A stretch of DNA of 64,000 nt from Escherichia coli (GCF_036507355.1 NZ_AP027877.1), one strand, 5' to 3'. Shown: positions 11,299 through 22,896, counted from the first letter of the stretch. Notes: generated from the letters alone by a model not told the origin. Translations and numbers: made by a program.

Positions 11299-11304
11299 CT
11301 CGTA

Positions 11305-12156
11305 TTACCCCGCCCGATAAAACGGTTTATCCCCAAGAATCGTCGCCCGATGCATTATCCGTCGCTGTGGCAGGTAATCGGCATTGGCATAGTGCTGGGT
11401 CACGCGGTTATCCCAAATCGCAATATCATTTGGTTGCCAGCGCCAGCGCACCTGAAACTCCGGTTTGGTGATATGGGCAAACAAAAAACTTAACAAGGCT
11501 TCGCTCTCTTTCTCGCTCACATCAACAATTCGCGTAGTAAAGCCTTCATTCACAAACAGCGCCTGTTTACCGCTCACCGGATGCGTTCGCACCACCGGAT
11601 GTAGCAACGGCGGATTTTTCGCGACCGCCTCGCGCCAGCGTTGATGTTCCTCCTCGGTTTTGCGGTATTTGTATTCCGGGAACGATTTACGGAAATCATG
11701 CTCCGCACGCAGCCCGCTCAGCAGCTGGCGGAAGGGAACAGAGAGCGCCTCATAGGCCGCAATACCGCTGGTCCAGAGCGTATCACCGCCGGTCGAAGGT
11801 AACTCTTTAGCTGCCAGAATCGCCCCTGCGGGTGGCGTTTCAATAAATGTCACATCGGTATGCCAGTTGTCGTTATCTGGCGGATTATCGTTATGGGTAT
11901 CCAGCACGATGATCTCGTCAACCCCTTCGGCATGAGGGTAAACAGGGTGAATATGCAGTTCGCCAAAACGCTGGGCCAGCGCGCGTTGCTGCAGCGGCGT
12001 AATAGCTTGATCGCGCAGAAACACCACCTGATGGCGCAGCACCGCATGGTAAAGCTGTTCAAACTGATTATCGCTTAACGGGCGCGTCAGGTCGGCACCC
12101 GAAATTTGTGCGCCAATATACGGCCCCAGCGGGGTAATACTCAGACGTTCACTCAT
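11305..12156 (-). CDS. tauD: Taurine dioxygenase (alpha-ketoglutarate dependent)
   Basis: 283-aa [53 protein letters not shown]... Confidence 0.95.
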   Translation of the reverse strand: MSERLSITPLGPYIGAQISGADLTRPLSDNQFEQLYHAVLRHQVVFLRDQAITPLQQRALAQRFGELHIHPVYPHAEGVDEIIVLDTHNDNPPDNDNWHTDVTFIETPPAGAILAAKELPSTGGDTLWTSGIAAYEALSVPFRQLLSGLRAEHDFRKSFPEYKYRKTEEEHQRWREAVAKNPPLLHPVVRTHPVSGKQALFVNEGFTTRIVDVSEKESEALLSFLFAHITKPEFQVRWRWQPNDIAIWDNRVTQHYANADYLPQRRIMHRATILGDKPFYRAG

Positions 12157-12980
12157 TGTACTTCTCCATGCCAGGGCGACAGGCGGCGCTGTAACGCGCG
12201 CAGACCCAGTTCTAAAAGAAAGGCGATAATCGCAATCACCGCGATCCCCGCCAGCACCACGTCAGTCGCGAGAAATTCACCCGCTGACTGAACCATAAAT
12301 CCTAAACCGCGTGTCGCGGCAATCAGCTCCGCCGCCACCAGCGTAGACCAGCCCACACCCAGACCAATACGTAATCCGGTGAGGATTTCCGGCAGAGCGC
12401 CGGGCAAAATGACAAACCACAGCACCTGCGCACGGCTGGCACCCAGCGACTGGGCGGCACGAATGCGAACCTGCTGCGCGCTTTTCACCCCTGCCAGCGC
12501 CGACATCGCCACCGGCGCAAAAATCGCTAAATAGATCAGTAAGACCTTCGAGGTTTCGCCAATACCAAACCAGATCACCATCAGCGGCAAATAAGCCAGC
12601 GGCGGCACCGGACGATAAAGTTCGATTACCGGATCCAGAATGCCGCGCACCGTCGGGCTTAGCCCCATGGTGATCCCGACCGGAATGCCGATCAACACCG
12701 CCGCGAGTAGCGCCAGCACAATGCGCGTCAGGCTGGCTGCCAGATGCTGCCACAGCGTGGCGTCCATAAATCCCTGCGGTCCGGCAATGGTGAGCAGTTT
12801 TGCCAGTACTTGTTGCGGCGGCGGCAAAAACAGCGGGCTAATCAGTTGCAGCGCCGCCACCGTCCACCATACAGTGAGTAAAACCGCTAACGTGCCAATG
12901 CTTAAGGTCACCTGACGCGAGAGCGGCCAGCGCCATTTCAGCCGCCGCGAATGCAGTTTTTCATTAATGAGCACACTCAT
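12153..12980 (-). CDS. tauC: Taurine ABC transporter permease
   Basis: 275-aa polytopic ORF; start overlaps the tauB stop and stop overlaps the tauD start. Confidence 0.95.
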   Translation of the reverse strand: MSVLINEKLHSRRLKWRWPLSRQVTLSIGTLAVLLTVWWTVAALQLISPLFLPPPQQVLAKLLTIAGPQGFMDATLWQHLAASLTRIVLALLAAVLIGIPVGITMGLSPTVRGILDPVIELYRPVPPLAYLPLMVIWFGIGETSKVLLIYLAIFAPVAMSALAGVKSAQQVRIRAAQSLGASRAQVLWFVILPGALPEILTGLRIGLGVGWSTLVAAELIAATRGLGFMVQSAGEFLATDVVLAGIAVIAIIAFLLELGLRALQRRLSPWHGEVQ

Positions 12981-13744
12981 GAGAACGCCTCCCGTTGCTC
13001 AAATACGCGGCTTAAAACATATTCGCGCATGGCGATGAATTGTGGATCGGACTTGATGCTGCGGCTCGACTCTCCCGCAACAAAGCGGCGAGCAAAGTTG
13101 AGCGGCAGCCGCTCCAGCACACGTCCAGGGCCGGATGAAAGCAGAACCAATTCAGTCGCCATAAACACCGCTTCTTCTATATCGTGGGTAATCAACAGCA
13201 CCTGCTTGCCCGTCTCCTGCCAGAGTTTCAGCAGCAGGGTTTGCATCTGGTCGCGGGTGAAGGCGTCCAGCGCACCAAACGGTTCGTCGAGTAATAACAG
13301 CTGGGGATTCGCCGCCAGCGCGCGGGCAATGCCCACCCGCTGACGTTGACCGCCGGAAAGCTGCCAGATGTAGCGTTTTTCTGCGCCTTCCAGCCCCACT
13401 TTTTTCAGCATCTGGTGCGCGATTTCCAGTCGCTGCATTTTCTCTATACCTGCCAATTGCAGGCCGAACGCCACGTTGTCCTGTACATTGCGCCACGGTA
13501 GTAGCCCTTCATTCTGAAAAACTACGCCACGCTCTGCTCCCGGTCCCTCAATACGCTTACCCGCCAGTTGAATGCTGCCATGCTGATAAGGTACAAAACC
13601 GGCAATCAGATTCAGCAGGGTGGTTTTACCGCAGCCGGACGGCCCCAGCACCACCAGTAGCTCGCCGCTTTCCAGCGTCAGGTTGATATCTTCCAGTGCC
13701 GGTTTGCCGCCATAATCGGCGTAAAGATGAGAGATTTGCAGCAT
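12977..13744 (-). CDS. tauB: Taurine ABC transporter ATP-binding protein
   Basis: 255-aa ORF with Walker [10 protein letters not shown], signature LSGGQRQR and Walker B LLLDEP. Confidence 0.95.
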   Translation of the reverse strand: MLQISHLYADYGGKPALEDINLTLESGELLVVLGPSGCGKTTLLNLIAGFVPYQHGSIQLAGKRIEGPGAERGVVFQNEGLLPWRNVQDNVAFGLQLAGIEKMQRLEIAHQMLKKVGLEGAEKRYIWQLSGGQRQRVGIARALAANPQLLLLDEPFGALDAFTRDQMQTLLLKLWQETGKQVLLITHDIEEAVFMATELVLLSSGPGRVLERLPLNFARRFVAGESSRSIKSDPQFIAMREYVLSRVFEQREAFS

Positions 13745-13756
13745 CTGCGCCTCCTT

Positions 13757-14719
13757 TTATTGCACGAAGCGCGAGGTAACGTACTGGCTGTAATCATTCG
13801 CTACAGCCGGGACCTTGCCCTGCTCTTTCAAAAACTGCGCGGTGTCGATGATCGCTTTGTTCACCGGTCCGGTCAGTTCTGCCGTTTGTTGCTGCGGCGT
13901 CAGATAGGTATTCCCCTTCACCAGCCCCGGAACGTCACCTTCAGGCACGCCGCTTAAACGCGCCAGTTTGCTGATGTTTTCCGGCTGTTTCAGCCACACG
14001 TCTGGGTTAGCAATGTACGGTTGCTGAGCATCGATGGCGCTTTTAGCGAACGCTTTCACGACCTCAGGATGTTTCTCGGCAAAATCTTTGCGCACCACCC
14101 AGACGTCCAGCGTTGGCGCGCCCCACTGTCCGACCTGTTCAGAATCGGTCAACACCTTGCCGTCTTTTTCCAGGGCGTTAACCGCCGGTGCCCAGACATA
14201 AGCACCATCAATATCTCCCCGCTGCCAGGCAGCGATAATCGCGGGCGGCTGCAGGTTCACAATCTCCACTTGCCCGGGTTTAATGCCCCAGTGTTTCAGC
14301 GCCGCCAGCAGGCTGTAGTGGGTGGTGGAGATAAATGGTACGGCGATGCGTTTGCCAATCAGATCTTCCGGTTTGCTGATAGTTTTCTTTACCACCAGCG
14401 CTTCGGAGTTACCCAGTTTTGACGCCAGCAAGAAGACTTCAATCGGCACCTGTTGGCTGGCTGCAACCGCTAACGGGCTGGAACCGAGGTTGCCGATTTG
14501 CACGTCGCCTGAAGCCAGCGCCCGCACGATGCTGGCTCCGCTGTCAAACTTACGCCAGTCCACGGTTGCTCCGCTTTCTTTAGCAAAGGTGTTGTCGGCC
14601 TGAGCCACTTTCGCCGGTTCGGCTGAGGTTTGATACGCCACGGTGACGTTCACCGCCTGCGCCTGAAAAGCGATGAATGCCAGTGCGGCAAGAAGAGTAT
14701 TACGCGATGAAATTGCCAT
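13757..14719 (-). CDS. tauA: Taurine ABC transporter periplasmic binding protein
   Basis: 320-aa ORF with signal peptide MAISSRNTLLAALAFIAFQAQA. Confidence 0.95.
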   Translation of the reverse strand: MAISSRNTLLAALAFIAFQAQAVNVTVAYQTSAEPAKVAQADNTFAKESGATVDWRKFDSGASIVRALASGDVQIGNLGSSPLAVAASQQVPIEVFLLASKLGNSEALVVKKTISKPEDLIGKRIAVPFISTTHYSLLAALKHWGIKPGQVEIVNLQPPAIIAAWQRGDIDGAYVWAPAVNALEKDGKVLTDSEQVGQWGAPTLDVWVVRKDFAEKHPEVVKAFAKSAIDAQQPYIANPDVWLKQPENISKLARLSGVPEGDVPGLVKGNTYLTPQQQTAELTGPVNKAIIDTAQFLKEQGKVPAVANDYSQYVTSRFVQ

Positions 14720-15021
14720 GATTGTCTGCTCCCCTGTCTTGTTATGGGAGCAGTATTTCGTTGCGGGTCAGTTTGATAAAGGAATTAAAAGGTCTTGTTA
14801 AGAACAAAGCGTTTTTAGAAAAAAATCGGCAATGGTTAGCGAGTTTGCGCATTTTGCGGTTTTGGCGAACGTATCCCGCCGGTTCACAAGCCAGATAATA
14901 TGTGCGCGCTCCGGCAAATTATTGCCATTTTGTTACATCCATTCCATATCTGTCGCTGGTTGATTGCCAGCGCCGCGCCGTGATGCATGATAGGAGAATT
15001 AGATAATAAGAGAAGAAAAGT

Positions 15022-15651
15022 ATGATTCGGGTAGTGCTGGTGGATGACCATGTGGTGGTGCGCTCTGGCTTCGCACAATTACTCTCTCTGGAAGACGATC
15101 TGGAGGTCATTGGTCAGTACAGTAGTGCCGCGCAGGCATGGTCGGCATTAATCCGTGATGACGTCAATGTTGCCGTCATTGATATTGCCATGCCGGACGA
15201 AAACGGCCTCAGTTTGCTTAAGCGCCTGCGTGCACAAAAACCGCAATTTCGCGCCATTATTCTTAGCATTTATGACGCGCCAACCTTTGTGCAAAGCGCG
15301 CTGGATGCCGGTGCCAGCGGGTATTTAACCAAACGCTGTGGGCCGGAAGAGTTAGTGCAGGCGGTGCGCTCGGTCGGGCTGGGCGGGCATTATCTCTGTG
15401 CCGATGCGATTCGGGCTTTACGCGGCGGCGGGCAATCCGCCCAGGCGCTGGAAATTCTCACCCCGCGAGAACGTGAAGTGTTTGATTTACTTGTCAAAGG
15501 AGACAGCGTTAAAGAGATCGCCTTTAAACTCGAACTCAGTCATAAAACGGTACATGTGCATCGCGCCAATGTGCTGGGAAAACTGAACTGCCATAGCACC
15601 ATTGAACTGGTACATTTTGCGCTCGACCACCATCTGCTGGCGGGGCATTAA
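15022..15651 (+). CDS. NarL/FixJ-family response regulator, UhpA paralogue
   Basis: 209-aa ORF MIRVVLVDDHVVVRSGFAQLL... (receiver domain) with a C-terminal LuxR-type HTH (...VKEIAFKLELSHKTVHVHRANVLGKL...); similar to UhpA as recalled but distinct. Confidence 0.85.
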   Translation: MIRVVLVDDHVVVRSGFAQLLSLEDDLEVIGQYSSAAQAWSALIRDDVNVAVIDIAMPDENGLSLLKRLRAQKPQFRAIILSIYDAPTFVQSALDAGASGYLTKRCGPEELVQAVRSVGLGGHYLCADAIRALRGGGQSAQALEILTPREREVFDLLVKGDSVKEIAFKLELSHKTVHVHRANVLGKLNCHSTIELVHFALDHHLLAGH

Positions 15652-17192
15652 TGTCGCGCAATCTTCGTCATTGGGTGATTTCGCTGTTTATTGTGCTGGC
15701 CTGGGGAACCGGCTGGCTGATGCTGTGGACGCTCAGCTTTTATCTGACCAATAACGGTCAACAGGCGGTGTTGTTTCTCCCGCAGGGAGTTTATCTCGCC
15801 CTTGTTATTTTGCTCTCTCGCCGCTACTGGCCTGCGTTGGTGCTCCCCCCTTTGCTGATGATGTTCTGGCTCCATAGTGAACAGCTATTGAACGGTTATC
15901 TCATGCTGGCAACGCCGATTATTAGCCTGTTTCCTGTCCTCCTTGCGCAAAACTTCTGGCACCGTTTTCCACTTTACTGGCAGCGTCTGACGTTGCTGTT
16001 AGCCACTGTCACGGCAGCTTCATTGTTGAATACCGCCCTGCTCTCCCCTTTTATGTCAGGCCCAATAATGCTGCCGGGTTTGACCTCATTTACCGGCGGC
16101 GTATTACTGACGCCGTTTGTCTATCTTATCTTTGAGTTTCTGCGCCAGCAGCATCGCTACCAGCTCCTGGGACTCGATACGCATAATCCCCCCTTGCGTA
16201 CCTCTTTAATCATCTGGTGTAGCCTGTTTTTTATTATTGGTATCGGCACTCAGATGGTGCTGTCACCTGAAATTGAACGTCTGCTGTTGATCGTGGTCTT
16301 TTTGCCCAATGTGGTGATGGCGTGGAAATTTGGCTGGCAAGGTGGCGTACTCTCCGGGCTTTTGGGCAGCATGATGATCACCATCGCCCGCCAGATTGGC
16401 GTGGGCTTTAGTAACCTGGTGGAGCTGGAGATTTTCCTCGCGACCCAGGCCTTGCTGGGAATTGGCCTGGGCATTGCCATCAGTCGCCAGCAACATCTGG
16501 CGCTAAACCTGCACCATTACCGACAACGGCTGGAGGCCGAGCTGGCAGCGCGGCGGGCATTGGCGGAAAAGCTGATCCACACCGAGGAGGACACGCGAAA
16601 AAACCTGGCGCGAGAGCTGCACGACGAAATCGGTCAGAACATCACCGCCATTCAGATCCAGTCGCAACTGGTGAAGCGGGCGCGTGATCCGGCGCAAATT
16701 CAATCCGCAGCCAGCCAAATCAATGAGCTCGCCCGCCGCATTCATCTCTCCACCCGCCAATTGCTGCGCCAGTTGCGGCCTCCCGCGCTTGATGAACTGA
16801 CATTTCGCGAAGCGTTGTTGCATCTGATTAATGAATTTGCCTTTAGTGAACGCGGCATTCATTGCCAGTTTGCCTATCAACTGAACTCCACACCAGAAAA
16901 CGAAACGGTGCGCTTTACCTTGTATCGGTTATTACAGGAGTTGCTCAATAACGTCTGTAAACACGCCGAAGCCAGCGAAGTGACGATTATCCTGCGCCAG
17001 CAGGGAGAGGTATTGCATCTGGAAGTCAGCGACAACGGTGTGGGGATCGCCAGCGGGAAAATGGCCGGATTTGGCATTCAGGGGATGCGTGAGCGCGTCA
17101 GCGCCCTGGGCGGCGACTTAACGCTCGAAAAACAGCACGGCACGCGGGTAATTGTTAACTTGCCCACATTTTTGCAACAAATCGCCGGATAA
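15651..17192 (+). CDS. Sensor histidine kinase, UhpB paralogue (polytopic N-terminal domain, HisKA_3, HATPase)
   Basis: 513-aa ORF; about 8 hydrophobic segments in the N-terminal half, H-box ELHDEIGQ, G-box DNGVGI; start overlaps the regulator stop (TAATG). Confidence 0.85.
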   Translation: MSRNLRHWVISLFIVLAWGTGWLMLWTLSFYLTNNGQQAVLFLPQGVYLALVILLSRRYWPALVLPPLLMMFWLHSEQLLNGYLMLATPIISLFPVLLAQNFWHRFPLYWQRLTLLLATVTAASLLNTALLSPFMSGPIMLPGLTSFTGGVLLTPFVYLIFEFLRQQHRYQLLGLDTHNPPLRTSLIIWCSLFFIIGIGTQMVLSPEIERLLLIVVFLPNVVMAWKFGWQGGVLSGLLGSMMITIARQIGVGFSNLVELEIFLATQALLGIGLGIAISRQQHLALNLHHYRQRLEAELAARRALAEKLIHTEEDTRKNLARELHDEIGQNITAIQIQSQLVKRARDPAQIQSAASQINELARRIHLSTRQLLRQLRPPALDELTFREALLHLINEFAFSERGIHCQFAYQLNSTPENETVRFTLYRLLQELLNNVCKHAEASEVTIILRQQGEVLHLEVSDNGVGIASGKMAGFGIQGMRERVSALGGDLTLEKQHGTRVIVNLPTFLQQIAG

Positions 17193-17264
17193 CCAGGAAA
17201 AAGTCTTAGGTATCCCGGATTTTCTCTCATCCCCTTTCACTTTCATTTTCATATAGTCAGCAAC

Positions 17265-18581
17265 ATGGAGACAACCATGCACGCGCGTTCAGCGAGAGAA
17301 ATTAATCAATGCTACCGGACATTACGTCCGCGATTGCTGATGTGCATGATTATTGGCTACGCCGCATTTTATCTGACGCGAAAAAGCGTGAATTACGTCC
17401 TTCCGGCGCTACAAACCGACCTCGGACTGGATAAAGGCGACATTGGCCTGCTGGGTTCGCTGTTTTATCTCAGCTACGGATTGTCGAAATTTACCGCCGG
17501 ACTGTGGCATGACAGCCACGGACAACGCGGTTTTATGGGCGTCGGCTTGTTCGCCACCGGGTTATTGAACGTGGTGTTTGCCTTTGGCGAATCACTTACG
17601 CTTCTGCTTGTGGTCTGGACACTGAACGGTTTTTTTCAGGGCTGGGGATGGCCACCGTGTGCCCGCTTGCTGACCCACTGGTACTCACGCAATGAGCGCG
17701 GTTTCTGGTGGGGCTGCTGGAATATGTCGATCAACATTGGCGGAGCGATTATTCCGCTGATTAGCGCCTTTGCCGCCCACTGGTGGGGCTGGCAGGCCGC
17801 GATGCTGACACCGGGGATAATCAGCATGGCATTAGGGATCTGGTTAACGCTACAACTCAAAGGCACGCCCCAGGAAGAGGGATTACCGACAGTTGGTCAC
17901 TGGCGTCACGATCCGCTGGAGTTACGTCAGGAACAACAAAGTCCGCCGATGGGGCTGTGGCAAATGTTGCGCACCACCATGCTGCAAAATCCGCTGATCT
18001 GGCTACTGGGCGTCTCTTATGTACTGGTTTATGTGATCCGGATTGCGCTTAACGACTGGGGCAATATCTGGCTGACGGAAAGCCACGGTGTCAACCTGCT
18101 CAGCGCCAACGCCACGGTAATGCTGTTTGAAGTGGGCGGCTTACTCGGCGCGTTATTTGCCGGATGGGGATCGGATTTGCTGTTTAGCGGGCAACGAGCG
18201 CCAATGATTTTGCTGTTCACGTTGGGGTTGATGGTGTCAGTCGCCGCACTGTGGCTGGCACCGGTTCATCACTACGCTCTGCTGGCAGTGTGCTTTTTTA
18301 CCGTGGGCTTTTTCGTCTTTGGCCCACAAATGCTGATTGGACTTGCGGCGGTGGAGTGTGGGCACAAAGCTGCGGCGGGTTCAATCACCGGATTTCTCGG
18401 CCTGTTCGCTTACCTTGGCGCGGCGCTGGCAGGCTGGCCGCTGTCGCTGGTCATCGAACGCTACGGCTGGCCGGGAATGTTCAGTTTACTCTCGGTCGCC
18501 GCAGTACTTATGGGTTTACTGCTGATGCCGTTACTGATGGCGGGCATCACCACCACTCACGCTCGAAGGATAAAACAATGA
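17265..18581 (+). CDS. MFS protein, UhpC/UhpT-like (sugar-phosphate sensor or transporter)
   Basis: 438-aa 12-TM-like ORF adjacent to the UhpA/UhpB-like pair. Confidence 0.8.
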   Translation: METTMHARSAREINQCYRTLRPRLLMCMIIGYAAFYLTRKSVNYVLPALQTDLGLDKGDIGLLGSLFYLSYGLSKFTAGLWHDSHGQRGFMGVGLFATGLLNVVFAFGESLTLLLVVWTLNGFFQGWGWPPCARLLTHWYSRNERGFWWGCWNMSINIGGAIIPLISAFAAHWWGWQAAMLTPGIISMALGIWLTLQLKGTPQEEGLPTVGHWRHDPLELRQEQQSPPMGLWQMLRTTMLQNPLIWLLGVSYVLVYVIRIALNDWGNIWLTESHGVNLLSANATVMLFEVGGLLGALFAGWGSDLLFSGQRAPMILLFTLGLMVSVAALWLAPVHHYALLAVCFFTVGFFVFGPQMLIGLAAVECGHKAAAGSITGFLGLFAYLGAALAGWPLSLVIERYGWPGMFSLLSVAAVLMGLLLMPLLMAGITTTHARRIKQ

Positions 18582-19609
18582 AAATGACCTTTACCTCTAC
18601 TCTGATTGCTTCTGCCGTTGCGCTGGCGACTTTAACGGGTGCCGCGCAGGCAAAAGGCCGGCTGGTGGTCTATTGCAGCGCCACCAATGAAATGTGTGAG
18701 GCCGAAACCAAAGCGTTTGGCGAGAAATATGATGTAAAAACCTCGTTTATCCGCAACGGTTCCGGAAGCACCCTGGCAAAAGTCGATGCTGAAAAGAAAA
18801 ACCCCCAGGCTGACGTCTGGTACGGCGGCACTTTAGACCCGCAATCGCAGGCTGGCGAGATGGGCCTGCTACAGGCGTATAAATCCCCTAACCTTGAGCA
18901 GATCATGGAGAAATTCCGCGATCCGGCAAAAGTGAAAGGGAATCTGTCCTCTGCCGTTTATGTGGGGATCCTCGGTTTTGGCGTAAACACCGATCGTCTG
19001 AAAGAGAAAAACCTGCCGGTGCCGAAGTGCTGGAAAGATCTCACCAAACCGGAATATAAAGGCGAAATTCAAATTGCCGATCCGCAAAGTTCCGGTACTG
19101 CCTACACCGCCCTGGCTACTTTTGCGCAGCTGTGGGGGGAAGATCAGGCCTTTGATTATCTAAAACAACTGAACGCCAACGTCTCTCAGTACACCAAATC
19201 AGGCATAGCCCCGGCACGTAACGCCGCCCGTGGCGAAACGGCGATTGGTATTGGCTTCCTGCATGACTACTCGCTGGAAAAAGAACAGGGCGCGCCGCTG
19301 GAGTTGATTTCCCCGTGTGAAGGTACAGGCTACGAAATTGGCGGCGTCAGCATTCTGAAAGGCGCGCGCAACCTCGACAACGCCAAACTGTTTGTGGACT
19401 GGGTATTATCAAAAGAAGCGCAGGAACTGGCATGGAAGAAAGGGAAGTCTTATCAGATCCTGACCAATACCACCGCCGAAACGTCGCCAAACTCACTGAA
19501 GCTCGACGACCTGAAATTAATCAACTACGACATGGACAAATACGGTTCCACGGATGTTCGTAAGGCATTGATTAATAAATGGGTTAGCGAAGTAAAAATG
19601 GGTAAATAA
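18578..19609 (+). CDS. afuA: ABC transporter periplasmic binding protein, AfuA/FbpA-like
   Basis: 343 aa from MKMTFTSTLIASAVALATLTGAAQA (signal peptide); the track ORF 18251..19609 is an upstream alternate-start extension. Confidence 0.85.
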   Translation: MKMTFTSTLIASAVALATLTGAAQAKGRLVVYCSATNEMCEAETKAFGEKYDVKTSFIRNGSGSTLAKVDAEKKNPQADVWYGGTLDPQSQAGEMGLLQAYKSPNLEQIMEKFRDPAKVKGNLSSAVYVGILGFGVNTDRLKEKNLPVPKCWKDLTKPEYKGEIQIADPQSSGTAYTALATFAQLWGEDQAFDYLKQLNANVSQYTKSGIAPARNAARGETAIGIGFLHDYSLEKEQGAPLELISPCEGTGYEIGGVSILKGARNLDNAKLFVDWVLSKEAQELAWKKGKSYQILTNTTAETSPNSLKLDDLKLINYDMDKYGSTDVRKALINKWVSEVKMGK

Positions 19610-19677
19610 ACCCGCATTAGGCGCATTTGCCGGGTGCAGCGCAGACGCCTGCCCCGGCCAACCATACCGGAACTGCT

Positions 19678-21756
19678 ATGTCACAGACACTTGCACTCCA
19701 TCCCGTGAAAAAGCGGGATGCGATTTTCCTTTGGGTTTTGCTGGGCTGGCTGGCATTTATACTGTTGCCGAGCTGGAGCCTCGATTATGGCCTGCTGGAG
19801 TCCACGAGTGATGAGATCCTCGAGGCTTATGGCTGGTCGCATTTTAATATCAGCTGGCTGTGGTATTTGTTACCGAGTCTGTTGCTGGTTCGCCCGTTTC
19901 GTGAGGCCACACGCGAACAGCGTAGTCGTCATTATTTTGATGCCGGCTGGGCATTGCTCTGTATGGCGTTTATCGTCATCAGCGCCACCGTGGTTGGACG
20001 CGGTTTAGGCTACGCCGCCATCGTGCTGTTTGTCGAACTAGGCGCGATTATGACGCTGGCCTTAACCCGCCTCGAATGGCTGGGTGGCGACCGCTTCGTG
20101 ATCGGCTCACTGATTGCGATTGTGGCGCTGATTGGCATTTTTATCGTCTGGCCGAGCATCGCCATTTTTATCCCGATGTTCACCAACGACGCGGGAGAGT
20201 TCGCCCCGCTGGCGTTTATGACCGTGCTCTCGCAGGCACATATTGTTCAGGTGATCGTCAACTCTATCGTCTTGTCGATAGCGGTGGGGATAGGCTGTAC
20301 TTTCTTCGGCCTGGTGCTGGCGATTTATACCACGCGCATCGCTAAACGCAGCGCCATTATTGGTCGCATCTTTTCCATTTTGCCCATCGTTACGCCACCG
20401 TTTGTGGTCGGCTTAGGCGTGACGCTCATGATGGGGCGCTCCGGCTATGTTACGGAATTTATGGTGGAGTGGTTTGGGCTGACCAACACCAACTGGCTGT
20501 ACGGTTTTACCGGGATCTGGCTGGCACAGGTTCTGGCATTCACGCCAATGGCATTTATGATCCTCGACGGGGCCATTAAAACCATTCATCCCTCGCTGGA
20601 AGAGGCCTCCTACACCCTGCGCGCCAGCCGCTGGCAAACCTTTAACGGCGTGTTTGTGCCGTTGTTGAAGCCCGCACTCGCCAATGCCTTTTTAATCGTC
20701 GTGGTACAGTCACTGGCTGATTTCAGTAACCCGCTGGTACTTGGCGGTAACTTCGACGTACTGGCGACGCAAATTTACTTCTATATTACCGGCTCGCAGC
20801 TGGATTATCAGGCCGCCAGCACCCTTGGCGCTTTCCTGCTGCTGTTCTCGCTGCTGGTGTTCTGCATCCAGTATATGTGGATTGGTAAACGCTCTTACGT
20901 CACGGTTTCCGGCAAATCCTACCGTGGCGACGTCCAGCCGCTACCGGTCACCCTGGTGTGGAGCGTGGTCGCCATACTTGCGATATGGATTGCCTTTAAC
21001 GCCCTGCTCTACGGCAGCATTTTCTACGGCAGCTTCACGGTGAACTGGGGCGTGGACTACACCCTGACGCTGGATAACTTTATCAAGCTATTTGGTCAGG
21101 GAATGAGCGACGGCGCCTGGCCTTCACTGCTGGATACCCTGCTCTACGCCGGGATTGCCGCTCCCATTACCGCTATCTTTGGCCTGCTCATCGCCTGGGT
21201 GGTGGTGCGTCAACAATTCAAAGGCAAAAAGACCATCGAGTTCACCACCATGCTGTGCTTTGCCGTACCGGGTACGGTGGCGGGCGTTTCGTATATTCTT
21301 GCCTTTAACAGCGCTCCGGTTTATCTCACCGGAACGGCGGCAATTGTGATTATCTCGATGGTGATGCGTAACGTTCCGGTGGGTATTCGCGCCGGGATTG
21401 CGGGTCTGGGGCAGATCGACAAATCGCTGGATGAAGCCTCACTCAGCCTGCGCGCGGGTTCACTGCGAACCATTACGCACATTTTACTGCCGCTGCTGCG
21501 CCCGGCCATTCTCTCGGCCCTGATCTACAGCTTTGTGCGGGCCATCACGACGGTCAGCGCCATCGTCTTTCTCGTCACGCCGGACACCCGCGTGGCAACC
21601 GCCTACATTCTTAACCGCGTTGAAGACGGCGAATATGGCGTAGCCATCGCCTATGGTTCGATTCTGATCGTGGTGATGCTGGCGATTATTTTCCTCTTTG
21701 ACTGGCTGATCGGAGAAGCTCGTATCTCCCGTTCTAAAGCCAAAAACCAGGCGTAA
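19678..21756 (+). CDS. afuB: ABC transporter permease, AfuB/FbpB-like (duplicated transmembrane domain)
   Basis: About 692 aa from [24 protein letters not shown]...; large polytopic permease. Confidence 0.85.
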   Translation: MSQTLALHPVKKRDAIFLWVLLGWLAFILLPSWSLDYGLLESTSDEILEAYGWSHFNISWLWYLLPSLLLVRPFREATREQRSRHYFDAGWALLCMAFIVISATVVGRGLGYAAIVLFVELGAIMTLALTRLEWLGGDRFVIGSLIAIVALIGIFIVWPSIAIFIPMFTNDAGEFAPLAFMTVLSQAHIVQVIVNSIVLSIAVGIGCTFFGLVLAIYTTRIAKRSAIIGRIFSILPIVTPPFVVGLGVTLMMGRSGYVTEFMVEWFGLTNTNWLYGFTGIWLAQVLAFTPMAFMILDGAIKTIHPSLEEASYTLRASRWQTFNGVFVPLLKPALANAFLIVVVQSLADFSNPLVLGGNFDVLATQIYFYITGSQLDYQAASTLGAFLLLFSLLVFCIQYMWIGKRSYVTVSGKSYRGDVQPLPVTLVWSVVAILAIWIAFNALLYGSIFYGSFTVNWGVDYTLTLDNFIKLFGQGMSDGAWPSLLDTLLYAGIAAPITAIFGLLIAWVVVRQQFKGKKTIEFTTMLCFAVPGTVAGVSYILAFNSAPVYLTGTAAIVIISMVMRNVPVGIRAGIAGLGQIDKSLDEASLSLRAGSLRTITHILLPLLRPAILSALIYSFVRAITTVSAIVFLVTPDTRVATAYILNRVEDGEYGVAIAYGSILIVVMLAIIFLFDWLIGEARISRSKAKNQA

Positions 21757-22814
21757 TGGAGCGCACTATGAGTCAGAAAAATTTTGTTGAACTGCGCAAC
21801 GTCACTAAACGATTCGGCAGTAATACGGTTATCGACAATATCAATCTCACCATTCCACAAGGGCAAATGGTGACGCTGCTCGGTCCTTCCGGCTGTGGCA
21901 AAACCACCATTTTGCGTCTGGTTGCCGGGCTGGAAAAACCGAGCGAAGGGCAAATTTTTATTGATGGCGAAGATGTCACGCATCGTTCCATTCAACAGCG
22001 CGATATCTGCATGGTGTTTCAGTCATACGCTCTGTTCCCGCATATGTCGCTGGGTGAAAACGTTGGCTACGGGCTGAAGATGCTTGGCGTGTCGCGTAGC
22101 GAAGTGAAACAGCGGGTGAAGGAGGCGCTGGCAATGGTGGATCTGGAAGGCTTCGAGGACCGCTATGTCGATCAGATTTCCGGTGGTCAGCAACAGCGTG
22201 TGGCACTGGCCCGCGCGTTGATCCTCAAGCCAAAGGTGCTGCTGTTTGATGAGCCGTTAAGTAACCTCGATGCCAACCTGCGCCGCAGTATGCGCGATAA
22301 GATCCGCGAGCTGCAAAAGCAGTTTAATATCACGTCGCTCTACGTCACTCACGATCAAAGTGAAGCTTTCGCGGTGTCCGACACTGTGCTGGTGATGAAT
22401 AAAGGTCACATCATGCAGATTGGCTCACCGCAGGATCTCTATCGTCAGCCAGCCTCCCGATTTATGGCAAGTTTTATGGGCGACGCCAACCTGTTCCCGG
22501 CGAACTTTAGCGAAGAGTATGTCGATATCTACGGTTATCGCCTGCCGCGCGCGGCGCATTTCCCGGCGCAAGGTAGCGGCACCGTCGGCGTTCGCCCGGA
22601 AGCCATCACCTTAAGCAATCACGGCGAAGAGAGTCAGCGTTGTGTTATTCGCCATGTCGCCTACATGGGGCCGCAGTACGAAGTGACCGTAGAGTGGCAT
22701 GGACAGGAGATTTTATTACAAGTAAACGCCACCCGTTTACAGCCCGATATTGGTGAGCACTATTACCTCGAAATCCATCCTTACGGGATGTTTGTTTTAG
22801 CGGATGCGGCATAA
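21756..22814 (+). CDS. afuC: ABC transporter ATP-binding protein, AfuC/FbpC-like
   Basis: 352-aa ORF with Walker [10 protein letters not shown], signature [14 protein letters not shown] and Walker B LLFDEP; the true start may be MSQKNF at 21768. Confidence 0.9.
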   Translation: MERTMSQKNFVELRNVTKRFGSNTVIDNINLTIPQGQMVTLLGPSGCGKTTILRLVAGLEKPSEGQIFIDGEDVTHRSIQQRDICMVFQSYALFPHMSLGENVGYGLKMLGVSRSEVKQRVKEALAMVDLEGFEDRYVDQISGGQQQRVALARALILKPKVLLFDEPLSNLDANLRRSMRDKIRELQKQFNITSLYVTHDQSEAFAVSDTVLVMNKGHIMQIGSPQDLYRQPASRFMASFMGDANLFPANFSEEYVDIYGYRLPRAAHFPAQGSGTVGVRPEAITLSNHGEESQRCVIRHVAYMGPQYEVTVEWHGQEILLQVNATRLQPDIGEHYYLEIHPYGMFVLADAA

Positions 22815-22896
22815 AAATAGCACATAAACGGTCCCCATCTGTCTTGAGGGACCGTTCACCTGGTTAGGCTTCGGACAACAATTATTCTCCAGTGTT

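Noticed and set aside
12277-12753. 158-aa reverse-strand ORF
   Set aside because: Alternative frame inside tauC; Gly/Ala/Arg-rich product typical of an off-frame translation of GC-rich coding DNA
18251-19609. 452-aa ORF as listed in the track
   Set aside because: Upstream extension from an alternative start running through the 3' end of the MFS gene; the real afuA product starts at the signal peptide MKMTFTS (18578)
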